In this document: positions 24,300-38,215 of the stretch, in pieces
Layout of the letters: each line of letters opens with the position of its first letter
How positions within the stretch are numbered: the stretch's first letter is position 1
Origin: Cycas panzhihuaensis
Taxonomy: Eukaryota; Plantae; Cycadophyta
Assembly (NCBI GenBank): GCA_023213395.1
Contig: CM041465.1
Location: 209,257,741-209,321,740 of the forward strand
Length of the DNA stretch: 64,000 bases
Direction of reading: 5' to 3'
Notes under the pieces: generated by a model
Told to the model about the DNA's origin: nothing
The model's database searches: none
Seen by the model: the letters and a program-made list of their open reading frames with translations, nothing else
Program-made: the position numbers and the translations under genes

Positions 24300-26916
24300 T
24301 CATAAAAAACTTACATACTTAACTATTAAATGCCAAAATCACAAACACCCATTACCTTTCTACACCATTTATTAGGAACTTCTTCTTGAAGATCCATTTG
24401 TTATTAACATGTTTTTGGTTATTGGGTAGATCCCCTAAAATCCCATGTATTATTTTTACCTACGGCTATTATTTCTTTTTCTATGATCTTCATCTAGAGT
24501 TAGCTCTCTTTTGACTTCAAAGCCTTCCAAATAGTACCTAGATCATCATTTGTAGTAGATAAAATAAAAGAGAAGCGATAAAAATCTTTAGGAATATACC
24601 TATCAAGTTATCTTCTCTCAGACTTTGATCTCCTTAATATGTGAGGTTCTTGAGGATGGGCTTCCTCTATAACTAGTACTTCCTCTTTAATTAACTCATA
24701 TTCTAATGCAGGACCTTCATCCCTTACATTAAATCATACCTTCATAGAGTCTTCCTCCTTTGGCTCTTCATCCCACTTTAGAGACATGAACTACTCTTTA
24801 AAGACAACATCATGACTATATATAACTTTCTATGTTTTAAGGTTATAAAACATGTATCCTTTAACACTATTATCATAGCTAATAAAAATAGTCTTTTGTG
24901 CTTTGAAATTAAGCTTAGCTCTCTATAGGATAAGAGCATGCACAAAAGATTCACAACTAAAAGCTTTAAGATAACCAAGAGATGGCTTCTTACCAGATCA
25001 TATTTCTTTAGGCATTCTATACACTAAGGTAGTCATCAATGATCTATTTATCAAGTAGCTTGTAGTGATCATAGCCTTAACCTAGAATTTCTTCTCTAAA
25101 CTATTAGCAATAAGCATACTCCTTAATCTCTCTAGTAAGGTTATATTCATCCTCTTAATAACTCCATTTTACTATGTCGTATAGGGAGTTATCTTATGTT
25201 TTGCTATCCCACGCTACTTAAAGAACTGTTCAAATTCTTTTAAGTAAAACTCACCTCTATTATTAATTCTCAACACCTTGATCTACATGTTGCTTTGGTT
25301 CTCAACTAAGGCCTTAAATTATTTGAATTTACTAAAGACCTTAGATTTCTACCTAAAAAAGTACAACCATATATTTCTCAAAAATTTATCTATAAATAAG
25401 ATAAAGTATTTAGACCCACCTAATGAGGGTACATCAACAGGTCTAAAAATATCATTGTATACTAGTTGTAAAATATAGTTTTCTCTCTTTAAGCTTGAAG
25501 GAAAACTAACCTAATTTTGTTTGCCATACATATAATACTTATATAAATCAAAATTAAAGGACTCATTAATTATAAAGATGTTTTATGCCATACTTTTAGA
25601 GAATAAATCATGGAGGCCTTTCTCTCTAATGTGGCCTAATCTCTAGTGCCATAGTATAGTTTTACTAGTAAGTGATACTTGGATCCTACCTATATTATTG
25701 GTACTTTTTGTAATAGCTAGATTGTAACTACCAGCACATACCATACTTACATCAAGCTTATATAGCATTAAAAACTAGACCCCTCTTACTAACACCAATG
25801 CTCCTTGAATTATCTATAATTATCTTTATTAAAAATCAATTCTATTCTTACATCACCTTATTGATTAATAAATAATAGACTCATAGCCAAACTAGGATTA
25901 TGATTCATATAAGAGATAGTTTTAATCCTTCCATCCCCAAATTGAATCTTTACCCTTCCATGACCCATAATTTTATATGAATAATGATCCCTGAGGAATA
26001 TTTTACCTCCATCAATACTTTTATATTTACAAAACCACTCCCTATGGGAAGTGATATGAAGTAAGGCACCAAAGTCAACTAACTAAGACTTAACATTTGA
26101 CAACTTACTTGAGGTTACTAAATAAACATTGCCATCAATTTCATTGGGGGATTTTGCTACCATGGAATAAGTAGCTTCAAGCAACTTTTCCTTGTGAATA
26201 TTGGCTTGATACTTGCTCTTTAAATGGTTAATCTTCCCACATCTCAAATATACTAAGGGGCCTTTGATTAGAGATTTATATTTCCCTAGGCCTCTGTTGG
26301 TTGCAATCTAATATTCATCCTCTTTTCGCTAATGCTTCTTTCAAATGATCTTTAGAAGATTTTTACCTTGTCTCTTCTAATAGCAAAGTAGTAATAACAT
26401 CATTAAATGTTAGGGTGCTAGCAGCTATACTACTAATCAACATCACAAGATTAACCCAAGAATCATCAAGTGAACATAACAGGGTAATATATTTGTCTTC
26501 TAAAGATATTGTTATCCTAACTAAAATAAGATAGTTTACCATAATATTAAATGTAGTGAGATGATCTGCAAGTAATCTCTATTACTCATCCTAGGTGAAT
26601 GTAACTTTTTTCAAAGAAATAACTTATTAAATAGGGACTTAGTCTAATGCATAACCACTAACTTATTCCATAGATCTTTGGCTATAGACTCTATAGTAAC
26701 ATTCAATAATATAATTTTTAAAAGATATAACTTTATCAAGCTGATCACTTTTTTATTAAGCTTCTTCTAGTCTTCATTAACCATATTCATAAGCTTTGTT
26801 TCTACTACAATAATCCATTGATCCTTCTCGATGAGGATATCTTCCATCTTTAGATTCCACAACTCAAAATTTTTTCCATTAAAGTTTTTAGTCTGCATCT
26901 TCGTAGTGCTTACCAT
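24300..26916 (-). pseudogene. Copia J gag-protease-integrase joined to an RNase H end
   Basis: MVSTTKMQTKNFNGKNFELWNLKMEDILIEKDQW; VDFGALLHITSHREWF; integrase core; no RT motifs between integrase and PPT. Confidence 0.8.
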
Positions 26917-27374
26917 AATCTTTATACTCAAGCTTATCGAATAAAGCTCTCACTTTCTAAATAGCTTCCCAAATAATTAAAACCCTTAACTCTGACACCA
27001 AATGAAGAGAAAATAAAACTATAGAAATAATGAATTAATATAACTCTAAACCATGCAAAGAAAAAATAATATAAATAAACTAATTACATAACAAAGAACA
27101 CTATGAAAATCTAGTCTAAGCTTAAACCTTTCATTAATTTAAGTAATAACTAAAGAATTACGTAGATGAAAACCCCAACTTTTCTCATTGACTCATCAAA
27201 GACTCATCCAACCTTCTTACATGTGCCACTATATAAGAATATATAGACACAAATTTATAAGTTATCATCTTGCAATTTTACAATATAATAGGCATGAACG
27301 ATGGGTTGAAAAAGACCCCCATAAGACACCCAAAAAGTTTTTCAGGGGTCTTTGCCCTTAAATCTCTACCTAGA

Positions 27375-30300
27375 TATTGGGTATAATGTTTACACTAATG
27401 TTTAATTCATTAGTCATTATGTAGATCCCCCATTTATACTCTTATAACCCTTAAGATTTCTTTAATTATTATGTTGTACTCATCTTAATATGTGTGTAAG
27501 TGGCATCTTGGTTTGTATGCCAAACCACTAAGAGCACGCCATTATTGATCTTGAGAGATCTTACATACATGTGAGTATCCTATATATGTATGCATATTAT
27601 ATATTGTAATACAAACAAGTAGAGGTTATTTTCATAGTTCATCCTTGTGTGTCATACTTCTTCTCTTAAGATGTAGTATCATTCTAATACCACATTCAAT
27701 ATTTAGTATTATAGCTAGAATGGGTTTTAATTAAGGGACCACCCATTTGATCATATGATTCATTCTTTAAGTAAGAAGTCTCATAGTTAGATTCTTTGTC
27801 AAAAATCATATATTTTGGTCTATATTTTCTTAGCAATTTTTTCATTATAGTATGGAAGATTTATATATGGCAATAAGTTCTATTTTTTGTTAAGGTGAAT
27901 GTTGGAAATAACATAAGAGGATTACAAATTGGATGATGCATGTAACAATAAAAGTTTTTAATATGGAGAACAGTAATGAAACTTTATAGATATGGAGCTA
28001 TAAGGAGATTATGCAAAATGGAGGCCTACTAATGTGATAATGAGCCATGGGATTGGTCATCCCAATAGATCAAATATAGGTTATTTTTCTGTTTTAAAAA
28101 TATTATAGTTATGTCAATGTATCTCTTATTTTTAGCTAATACATTTGACTATTTTTTGTTATACAAGTTATGAGTATTTGTCTGTTATTTAGTAGTAATT
28201 ATATCTTCTGCAGTGTTTGTCAAATAAGTAGAGTATGTTTGGTTAATACTACCAAATTTCACCTATTTCAAAGGTGAAATTCCACCTATTTCTAGGTCTA
28301 TACTTATGAATTTGCATGTGATCTCTACAAGCCTTTTTAAATATATTCATGGAGTTTGCCTCTTCGTTCTAGATTTTTGCACATAGTACTTCCATGTCTT
28401 TACTAGTAAGATGAACCTTCTTAGTCCCTTCACGAGCCCATGTATCCACCTTTTGCTTCATCTTCTCTATGATTGCATACTCAAGATTACAACTAAATTT
28501 TAAAATTTTAGGTTGTAAACTGGGTCTTTTCTTTTTAATGCTCACTGGTGAAGCCTTAAATCCTTAAGAAGGATCTATGTTAGTAATATTACACAAAGAA
28601 TTTTTTAATGTTCCTCAATCCTTCTTTGTAGAAGATAAGGCTCTAAATTTGGCCTCTATGTCAAGAACTCTGGATCTACCATAAAATCAAATCCACAATT
28701 CATATTCTCTATTCCTATCCTCAACCTATTAATATTGCCCTTTTGAGATGTAATGCACATCATAAATCTAAACGATAATGTAGGTTTGGGTTTGTTAGAG
28801 AGGGTTTTCCAAGCAGATAACTCCATTTATAGTGCCCTTGCCATTATCGTTTTACCTCTATGGATCTCAACATTCTTGTCCCAAAGAATTGATAAAAACT
28901 TCCTTCTAATTGAAATTACTTTCTCCTGTGGAAACAACTTAAAAGTGCAATATTTCAAAGGAGAAATTTGTTAGATGTTGAGATTCTTATGATTTTGATA
29001 TGGACAAGTGATTATTTAATAAAGTCTTTGCATGTAGGAAAGGAGTTTTGTTGGCATGTTTCCTTCAACAACAGGTCTTTTTATAAACTAGAATTTGTAA
29101 AGAATGGTATTGCTTCATTAGAAGCTATCAAAGGTTTTGTTATCATACCCACCTCTACAAAATCATGCACGAATCATTGGCCTATACTATTGGTGCCATC
29201 ACCATAACTGAGATAAACCTCCAACACCAAGAAAAAAATGGCATTATTTGTACCAATTTTTTGCCCTGAAATAGATGTTAACTGGTTGAAAAATGATAAA
29301 ATAGTAACAAAAAATCTAGAGCTTACACCAGCTGACCTATAATGCTGCCATCACTAAATCTGGACCTATGTATGATGAAGGAAAATGGTGAATATTTTTG
29401 CCTAGGTTTTTCTCTATTATTCTTTTGTGGCATTTAACATTTCAAAAAAGGGTTATTAAAGTGTTTTTTATTTATTTTAAAATCCATTGCCCATCTTTAA
29501 AAAAAAAAAAAATTAAGTGTTTTAAAAAAATTAATTAAAGTTAAATGATACATGGAGTCCATTAGCCCTTCACCCACCAACAAATGGTCACATGGAGATA
29601 ACAACATGACTAACAGCCTAATGTTCAAGGGGCTAAACTCTTTTTCAAAAGTATTTTTTGACTTTTAAGTACCTGTCTATACTATTTTGATTATATCTTC
29701 TTTATATAAACTATGACTTTAATTCCATTAGTTGTACTGGAATCATATTTCACCCCTCTTTGAAATGACTACTTATTTGACACTATCTGAGTCTATTTTG
29801 TAAGCGAAAATGTAGTCTAAAATTAAGTTAAAATTTTTATACACTCAACAAATTTAGCATTTGATATCATATAAGGCCTTAAAGGCATGTTTAATGATTT
29901 AATACCAACATCTTGCATGATAACTAAAGTCTAATATTATGTCACATAAGTCCATTTCAAAATTAAGCCTAAAATGGCTAAGTTTGATGATTTTTTAGCA
30001 TCCTATGAGGTGACCAATGATGATGTTATTGATGATTTGGCATGTAAGACCTTAGACAAGGCATTACATATGTTGGCTAAGTGTTAAAAGCCAAAGATGT
30101 GTGATAAGTTTGAAGAGTTTGGCATCAAGGGGGAGTCCTTTCTCAATAATAACAGGTGATGATCAACTACAAGTGGCAACTATAATAGGCAAATGTCCTA
30201 GTTTAATCACTTTTTAGTGTGAGATTCACTTAAGTTACATGAGCATGATGTATGTCTTCTATAAAATTCTACTATATATGATTTTTATTATATGAAAATT

Positions 30301-31253
30301 TGTTAGCCCTATATCCTTTAAGGGATTAATAAAATCCCCATGCTTGTGGTCTTATTTAACTACTAAGACCCCTTATGTCTTAGGGTCTTGATTTCTAAGG
30401 CTATTAAGGCATGTTGAAGCCCATAAAAGCCATTATAAGCTCATAGTGGCATGATGAAGCCCATAATAGCATGTAGTAAGCCCAAAGTAGCATGATTGTA
30501 GCATATTGTGGCATGATTTAGAGCTTATAGTGGCAAATTTGAGGCCATAGTACCTATTATTATATTTTTGGCTATTAAATGTCGAAAAACGTTGTCTTAT
30601 AGTCCCATTTAACAAGAGGCGGGACATACTCTTTCTAGTTACTCTTACATATTTTTAGTACACTTGATAGGCCATGTAGGATGGCATATTCCCAGAGTAT
30701 TACTAATGAAGAAGCTAATTGAATCATATAACCAAAGTAACTACTTATAGAACTAGTGGTCACAATGATTGGTTACCCATGTGATCCAGTAGATGGAGTT
30801 ATATTTATATGGATATTAGTAATTTGATAAAGATTTTATGCAACTTGGAGTAGCTATAATAGTAGAAAATAAAACAATAAAGATAGCAGATATGAAAACT
30901 ATGAATCAAATATTAAAGAGGAGAAATATTGGGTATAATATTTAGACTAATGTTTAATACATTAGTCATTATATAGATCCCCCCTTCATGCTTTTGTAAC
31001 TGCCAAGATTCCTTTGATTATTATATTACATTCATCTTAATACGTATGCAAGTGGCATCTTGGTCTGTGTGATAAGCCACCAAGAGTACACCATTATTGA
31101 TCTTGAGAGATCTCACATACATGTGAGTATCCTATATATGTATGCATATTTTATATTGTAATACAAATAAGTAGAGTTTATTTTCATAGTTTATCTTTGT
31201 GTCTCACACTTCTTCTCTAAAGATGTGGTATCACTCCAATACCATATCCAATA
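27375..31253 (+). mobile_element. Non-coding LTR element K (LARD-like, 3.9 kb), inserted in the 5' LTR of J
   Basis: 327-bp LTRs at 27375-27701 and 30927-31253, degenerate PBS tagtattatagc at 27704-27715, PPT aaagaggagaaa, imperfect TSD ctaga/ctaag; no gag/pol motifs seen. Confidence 0.85.
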
Positions 31254-31967
31254 CTAAGGGGACATTGGACCCCCAAACCTCCCAGCCAAGGACCCTTTAA
31301 TGGATCCCTAGACCCCACTAAGAGGTTCTGATATAATGCTTATATTTATGTAACACTTGCAAAATGTTCAACATATCCAATAGATAGAAGGTGCTAATAC
31401 AAATCCATAATAGGCACAACCTCAAATAAAATAATAAGCAGAGGAGCACGATGTAGGTACACAAATGAAATCACATAATGGAGTAGGAGAAACCCTTTAT
31501 TAGGTTTCACCTCAACTCCACCACATACAGTCACCTCACAACTAGGAAATTATCAATATTCATACCCTTAACAAATTGGCAACTTACAAGATGGAGAACT
31601 TAGTAATAACACTTCACTAGTAACATACTTTTTTTTTTACCATGATATTCTACCTTAGATTTAATACTATATAGAAAAATAAAATTAAAATTAAATAATA
31701 ATACACAAATAAATATAAACAACAAGCACTAGGATCACAATGGTATCCTAAAGGTATCTTAACTTGGATTAATATCATAAGAATAACTTGGATTAATATC
31801 ATAAGAATAATTATACAATAATATATCCATATGATATATTAAGTATGTATTTATAATATATGACTATGCATAGGATCCACAATAAAATGCTAACATCATA
31901 ATAAAATTAATTATACAAATTACATTATAACTTTGCCTCATGAAGCATGAACCAAGATATTCTAACA

Positions 31968-32252
31968 CTATTGTAATTAATTAATCTTTAATCTTCTTTG
32001 CTTTCTTCAAATGTAGGGAGATAGAGTTGTCTATGGCCATTTTAGACAAATAAAGTAAGTTTTTTTCAAGTACAAAACTCTTATTATATTTCTAATCTTA
32101 TACATTTCCTATAGATCCTACCTTACATTCTTTGATGAAGTATTCCTTTGAAGATATATGATAAGGTCATTAGCAATAACAATCCCAATGATCACTAATG
32201 CTTCTCTATCATGATCTTCCCAATCTTTAGCATCCTTACCTATCATAGTTGA
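31968..32252 (-). pseudogene. Copia D gag, middle piece
   Basis: LYLSKMAIDNSISLHLKKAKKIKD*LITIG, in frame with the piece ending at 20866. Confidence 0.8.
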
Positions 32253-32414
32253 TGTTAAATATGTAGGGGGGGGCTCTCTACTACCACCTCAAGGTTTTAG
32301 TATGATGATTCATTACTTATGGTATCAGAGCCTGGACCTAAGTTTGACTCTGTTACATAAATTATCCGGCTAAGTTATGTAAACCACTATGGAACTTTAT
32401 GCATGTGTCGCCTA

Positions 32415-32520
32415 GTAGACCAATAGTATGCATGGGCATTGCCGTCCAATAAAATGTAAGGCCCCTCAGGCCACCAATAGGATTATATGTATAAGACCCT
32501 ATTTTGTCTATATAAGGGTC
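32415..32520 (+). promoter_or_regulatory. U3 promoter of H: three CCAAT boxes and a TATA box
   Basis: accaatag, tccaata and accaatag upstream of ctatataag; conserved in the 3' LTR. Confidence 0.55.
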
Positions 32521-33716
32521 ATAAATTATAAATGATGGTTATCTTGATAGAACATTTTTATAAAGATTCTGCTACGGTACTTTCTATCTTTGGTGATCAT
32601 TTAGTGCTCTAGTGTTCCTGTGAAGCTCTTGGTTAGCTTGTTTGCTTTGTTAGATAAGTAGACACTGCTGTGACTTCAAATTCTCTATCTCAAGAGTATT
32701 GGCGAGAAGAAACGTCTTGAGTGGTATTAGAGCTGTGTCGAGATCGTGGGAGGCTGCCCAAAAGTCCAAAAAAAAAAATTTCCCTATCAGATCGAGTACT
32801 CTCTCTACCCTAATAGAGATCGAGGAAAGACATTCGCTTAGTACTCTCTCCACGGAGATTGAGGAACCAGATCGTGATGTACCCAAGCATCGGGAGAAAA
32901 GGGAAATTCTTTTCCTAGGTAACTCTAGTACTTTATCCCTCGTCTTTCATCTAGTTTTAATTTCATTCCTATTTTTCGATTCTGACATTGAAGTATATCT
33001 TAAAGGTAGATAACCTCACTGGGCGGCTACTTTTCTTCCTCCTGCCTCCTTTCCCAAGTATCACAGGGATCTGTTATTTTGGCTAAGCGCATAGTGGTCC
33101 TCTTGCCCTTTGCAAGAAGGATTGGAGTATCACTCCTAAGCCAAGCCCTAGACAGAACTTGGCTATAGTAGTACGCCTCCACGTACCTTCGAGTATATAG
33201 GAGGGCCCCATCTTCAGGTCCTAATCCTTTTCCAGCATAGGCAGCATAACCTTGTCTAGTGGTTGGTAGGTTAAGACTGTAAGCTACCTCATAATTTGAA
33301 AAAAAAAAAAAAAGAAAAAGAAAAAAAAAATAGAGGAAAAAAAAAAAGAAAAAAAAAAATCAGTGAAAAATTTTACCCTTACAGGTATATACCTCATTTT
33401 GATCAGCACATCGTACTGGTCAATTTGCACTAGGTTAGTATATACTGTAAATTTTCTCAATTTTAGTACCTAGTCACTGGTGGGTCCTACCTCACCCCCA
33501 CTTCACAAGCTTTTGTACACTGTTGAAAGAACTTGATATCTTGTTATGTAACTTTCTTTGGGGTCAACAAGCTATAGACACCCCACAACCCCCCTATTCC
33601 CCCCTCTCTTTCCCTTAATAACCCCCTTTTTCTTATGTCCCATTCTTTCTTGATCTTTCCCACTTCGTTCATTCCCCTTCTTTCAACTTATTCCCGCCTC
33701 TTTACACCCTTTCTCC

Positions 33717-36700
33717 ATGGCTTCTCAAAGTAATAGTGACAAAATCTCGACACTTGAGACTGAAGTCCACAAAATTAATAAGGATCTCAACCACATATAT
33801 AATGAAGTAGCTACCATGCGTACAAACTTTAACTCACAATTGCAAAACCTAGCATCTCATGCTGATGTCCAAGATGTAATTCAGAGGTTGAACAACTTCT
33901 CTCCTCCGCCACCAGTTGGCCTCGCACAACAACAAACTGTGCCTCTGCCTCCACGTCAGCAACAACCATTCCATCATAAGATCAACATACCCACATTTGA
34001 TCCAGATCTCAATAGGGATAGTGTACGAAGTTGGATTAGCAAACTAGAGTTTTACTTTGCACTCAACCCAATGTCAGTGAATGAGCAACTTACATTTGCT
34101 TCCATTCACTTAGATGGGAAGGCACATCATTGGTTCCGATGGTGGAAACGGGAGTACCCCTCCAGCCAGTCTTGGGCGCACTTCTCTACCTATTTTTTCG
34201 AGCAGTATGAAGACACTTGGAGTCAATCTTTTTTTACACAGCTAACACGTTTGAAGCAAGTATCCTCTGTCGAAGTCTACACAGATGAGTTCCAATCTTT
34301 ACGTAATCGGGTTGATCAACAACTTGATAAACAGACAGAGATAGATACGTACGTGTCTGAACTTAAAGAACGTATCCAAATACGCTTGAAGACAGTCTCA
34401 TTATCCACTCTAAAGGATGCAATTAATATGGCTAAAGCAGTAGAAGCAAAATTTGCTGCAGAAAAACCTCCTCCATTCAGACAAGACTCTAAGTGGTTTT
34501 CACGATCCCGACAAGCTGATACGGCTTGGTCCTAGAGACCACGATCACGGCCATGACCAGAGGACACCCCGGCTACATCTCTCGAGCAACGCATTGAGGA
34601 ATCATCGTCGAAGTCCATCCATATCACTCCTACAGAGTCACAACGTCGTCAGGAAGCCGGTCTATGTATACAATGTTCTGAAAAATGGACCACTGGTCAT
34701 AATAGAATCTGTAAAGCTAGGAAGATGGTCTTCACAATTGACCCAGAATTACCCTCGGATGATGACCCTGATACTAAGCATGAATATGATGATGAACCCC
34801 ATGAACACCCTGCTGATGAGTTACCCCCAAACCCTGAGCCTGAAGTTTTCCTATCCAAAGTTACTTCCATTGCATGTCCTGAACCACTTTGAGTTAAAGG
34901 AATACTTAAGAAAACCCCAATTACCATTTTGATTGATGGTGGCGTGTCACTAAATTTCATCAACATCTCCATTGCTCACCAATTTAATCTTTACATAGAA
35001 CCTAAAACTAGCTTCACTTGCTCCTTACTTGGTCATTACACACTCCATTGTGCAGGAACAATCAAAAACCTCACAGTCCACATTAGCTCATATACCCTTG
35101 TCTTTGATTTTTATGCCCTATCCATAGGTGGGTCAGATGCAATTCTTGGCATACAATGGCTCCAGACTCTATGGACTTATAGCACCAATAACTCACCCTC
35201 GGCCCCTTTTATTATGTTCAAAGATCACATGGGTCGCTCTCATAAACTTTATGGGATGCAAGCCCCCCCAAACAAAGTAATCTCACCCTCACGAATGCGC
35301 TGCCAACTCAATGGCAACATCAAATACATTGTTCGTCTTAACCATATCCAGGCCCCCTCGGGTATCCACCCCAATATCCAGCAAGTATTAGATCGATACC
35401 AATCTGTATTTGCTCTGTTACCTGCTATCCCCCCACCTGATCGAGGGTTTTACCATACTATTGAGTTACAAAGTTTGCATTACCCGATAAGCCTTCGACC
35501 ATATAGAAATTCCTATTTCCAAAACAATGAAATTGAAAAAATCATGCGGGAATTGTTAAACATGGGTATCATCCAACCTAGTAAAAGCTCGTATGCGGCA
35601 CCCATCGTCTTAGTTCGCAAGAAGAATGGCTCTTTCTGACTTTGTGTTGACTATCGTGCCCTCAACAAATTCACCATAAAAAATAAGTTTCCCACGCCAC
35701 GAATCGATGACATGTTAGATGAAATCCATAGCACTGCCATTTTCACCAAACTTGATTTACAGTCGGGATACTACCAAATCCCCATCTTGCCAGAAGATCA
35801 ACATAAAACAGCTTTCTGAACCCACCATGGCTATTTTGAGTTCCAGGTCATGCCCTTTGGCCTATGTAATGCTCCGACCACCTTTCAGGCCCTCATGAAT
35901 AAGATCTTTTCCCTATATTTATGAAAATTTGTCATCGTCTTCTTCAACGATATTCTTATCTATAGCTCAAACCTATTGGCCCACATCCCACATCTAGAAA
36001 TAGTCCTTCAAATCCTAGCTGAGAATAAACTGTATGCTAAGCTCTCTAAATGTGAATTTAGGAAATCTGAATTACAGTACCTTGGGCATATTATATCCTT
36101 TGTAGGGGTTTAGGTGGATCCTGATAAAATCTCTGTCATCACTAATTGGCCAACCCCAAAAACCCTGACCTAATTGCAGGCTTTCCTAGGACTTACCAGA
36201 TTCTATTGACTGTTCGTTCAAAATTATGCCACCCTAACCACTCCCTTAACCCACTTACTTTGGAAGGATTCCTTCTAGTGGTCCCCCTCAGCTAATGAGG
36301 CCTTCCTCTATTTAAAGGAGGTCATGACAACCACCCCAGTCTTGGCCTCCCCTGACTTTTCTCGGCCTTTCCAATTAGAATGCGATGCCTCTGGGTTTGG
36401 ATTAGGTGCGGTCTTAATGCAATACTTCCACCCCATTGCCTTCAAAAGTCGAAAACTCAAAGATCATGAGTGTAGACTTTCCACCTATCAAAAAGAAATG
36501 CAAGCCATCCTCCATGCTGTTGACAAGTGGCGATAGTATCTACTTGGTTCTAAATTCACTATCCTCACTGATCACCATAGCCTTCGTCGTTTACTAGATC
36601 AACCAGTCCTCTCAGAAGAGCAGGCAAAATGGGTCGACCATCTCCAAGTTTTTGATTTTACAATCACATATAAAAAGGGGAAAGATAACATTGTGGCAGA

Positions 36701-38215
36701 TGCTCTCTCGAGGTTGCCTTCACCTACACTTGGCAATAGCACCGATCATACTAAGGACCCAACCATTTATGCCATTTCCTCCCCACAACTAACATGGTTA
36801 CAGGATTTAGCCATGGCTAACCAAAACCAACATGATTTTGCGCATTGGGCCAATAAGGTCCACACTCATAAGGATTGGTCCATCCATAATAATCTTCTCT
36901 TATACCAAAATCGCATATTCGTCCATCCCCTCTCAGCTTTTATCTCGTGGATTTTATTAGAATATCATTCTTCCCCTCTTGGCGGCCACTTTGGTTTTGA
37001 TAAAACTTAAGGTAGGATTCATTCTGACTTCTTTTGGCCAGCAATAAAATCCACCATCCTTACCTTTGTCTCAGAATGTGATACATGCCAACGTAACAAA
37101 GCTGATACAAAACCCCAACTGGGCCTCCTTCAACCATTGCACATCCCACAAGGTAAATGGCAAGATATTGCCATGGACTTCATAATGGGCCTACCACCAT
37201 CTGCTGGATATGACTTCATTTTAGTAGTCATAGATTAGTTGACAAAATATGCCCACTTCTTGCCCGTCCACACAACCTATAAAGCCCCACGCATCGCTGA
37301 CATCTACATCTAGACAATATTTCATTTGCACGGTTTTCCATCCACCATTGTATGCGATCGCGACCCAAAATTCACTAGCTCCTTTTGGCAAGAGCTATTC
37401 CACGCATTAGGCATATCATTCAACATGAGTTTTGCATACCATCCACAGACCGATGGCCAATCTGAGGTCCTTAACAAAACTCTGTAGACCTACTTACGTT
37501 ACTTTGCATCTAACCACCAATCTAAATGGACATCATGGCTAGCTCTAGCTGAGTATTAGTACAACTCCTCACACTATTCAACCATTGGAATGTCTCCATT
37601 TTTGGCTCTCTATGGGTATCCCCCTCTGTCCCACCACTCCTTAGCTACCAACCTCCGTACAACAACAGTGCAACAAAAATTACAGCATATAGACCAAATT
37701 CTCCACACCCTTAAACAAAACCTATCCATGGCCCAAAATCGAATGAAACAATTAGCAGACTGCCACTGCTCTAATCGCTCCTTCAATATTGGGGATCTGG
37801 TATTTCTTCGTCTCCAACCTTATAAGCAACAATCCTTTTGCCATCATAAGAACCACAAACTTAGCCCTCGATATTATGGCCCCTATAAAGTCCTTAAATG
37901 TATTGGTGATGTTGCATATGCTCTCGACCTTCCCCCCACCACAAACATCCATAATGTTTTTCACGTCTCACTTCTAAGTGTCTAAGCAAAACCCATACTC
38001 CCCAGACAACCTTTCCAATTTTGGATGAAGAGCAAACCTTGTCCGTACCTCCAGAACGTATCATAGCTATGAGACAACGGCGTCTCCGGAATTGGTCCAT
38101 TTCAAAATATTTGATACAGTGGACAGGCTACATCTCCGATGAAGCAATTTAGGAGTTCGATGAGTTTGTCAAAAAGCACCCGCATCTCACCTACCTCGAG
38201 GACTCGGCATCTTAG
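33717..38215 (+). pseudogene. Chromovirus H gag-pol: gag, protease, RT, RNase H, integrase, chromodomain
   Basis: Retrotransposon gag (ORF 33717-34535), IDGGVSLNFI, YAAPIVLVRKKNGS, FQLECDASGFGLGAVL, LSPRYYGPYKV, PERII...YLIQWTG...LED; numerous stops. Confidence 0.95.

Larger units (their letters stand above)
23783..31382 (-). mobile_element. Copia element J (Tork/Tnt1-like) with RT deleted, nested in F
   Basis: 3' LTR 23783-24278, PPT complement atctcctact, 5' LTR 27003-27374 plus 31254-31382 (split by K), PBS 26989-27000, degenerate TSD aataa/gatag. Confidence 0.85.
20867..31967 (-). mobile_element. Non-autonomous gag-only LTR element F, inserted in the gag of D
   Basis: LTRs ~20867-21115 and ~31670-31967, degenerate PBS near 31658-31669, perfect TSD ctatt. 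Excision restores ITIGKNVEDREH in the gag of D. Gag fragment ORF 22725-22982 (AKEMWDILKYEF). Confidence 0.85.

Noticed and set aside
23742-31625. Possible additional solo LTR hosting J (tgaag...taaca)
   Set aside because: The flanks do not form a TSD and there is no second copy; treated as the leader of F.
31761-31810. Short tandem duplications (24 bp here, 23 bp near 45515-45560, about 20 bp near 48010-48080)
   Set aside because: Ordinary slippage repeats with no spacers; not CRISPR-like.
32253-32319. TRIM G as a Cassandra element
   Set aside because: The LTRs are too short and no 5S rRNA A/C boxes were recognised.
32699-33013. 104-aa ORF upstream of the H gag
   Set aside because: It spans the LTR end, PBS and leader repeats and has a non-ATG start; probably a chance ORF.
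34453-34932. 159-aa ORF overlapping gag and protease of H
   Set aside because: An alternative frame of the gag-pol linker; there is no evidence for a separate protein.
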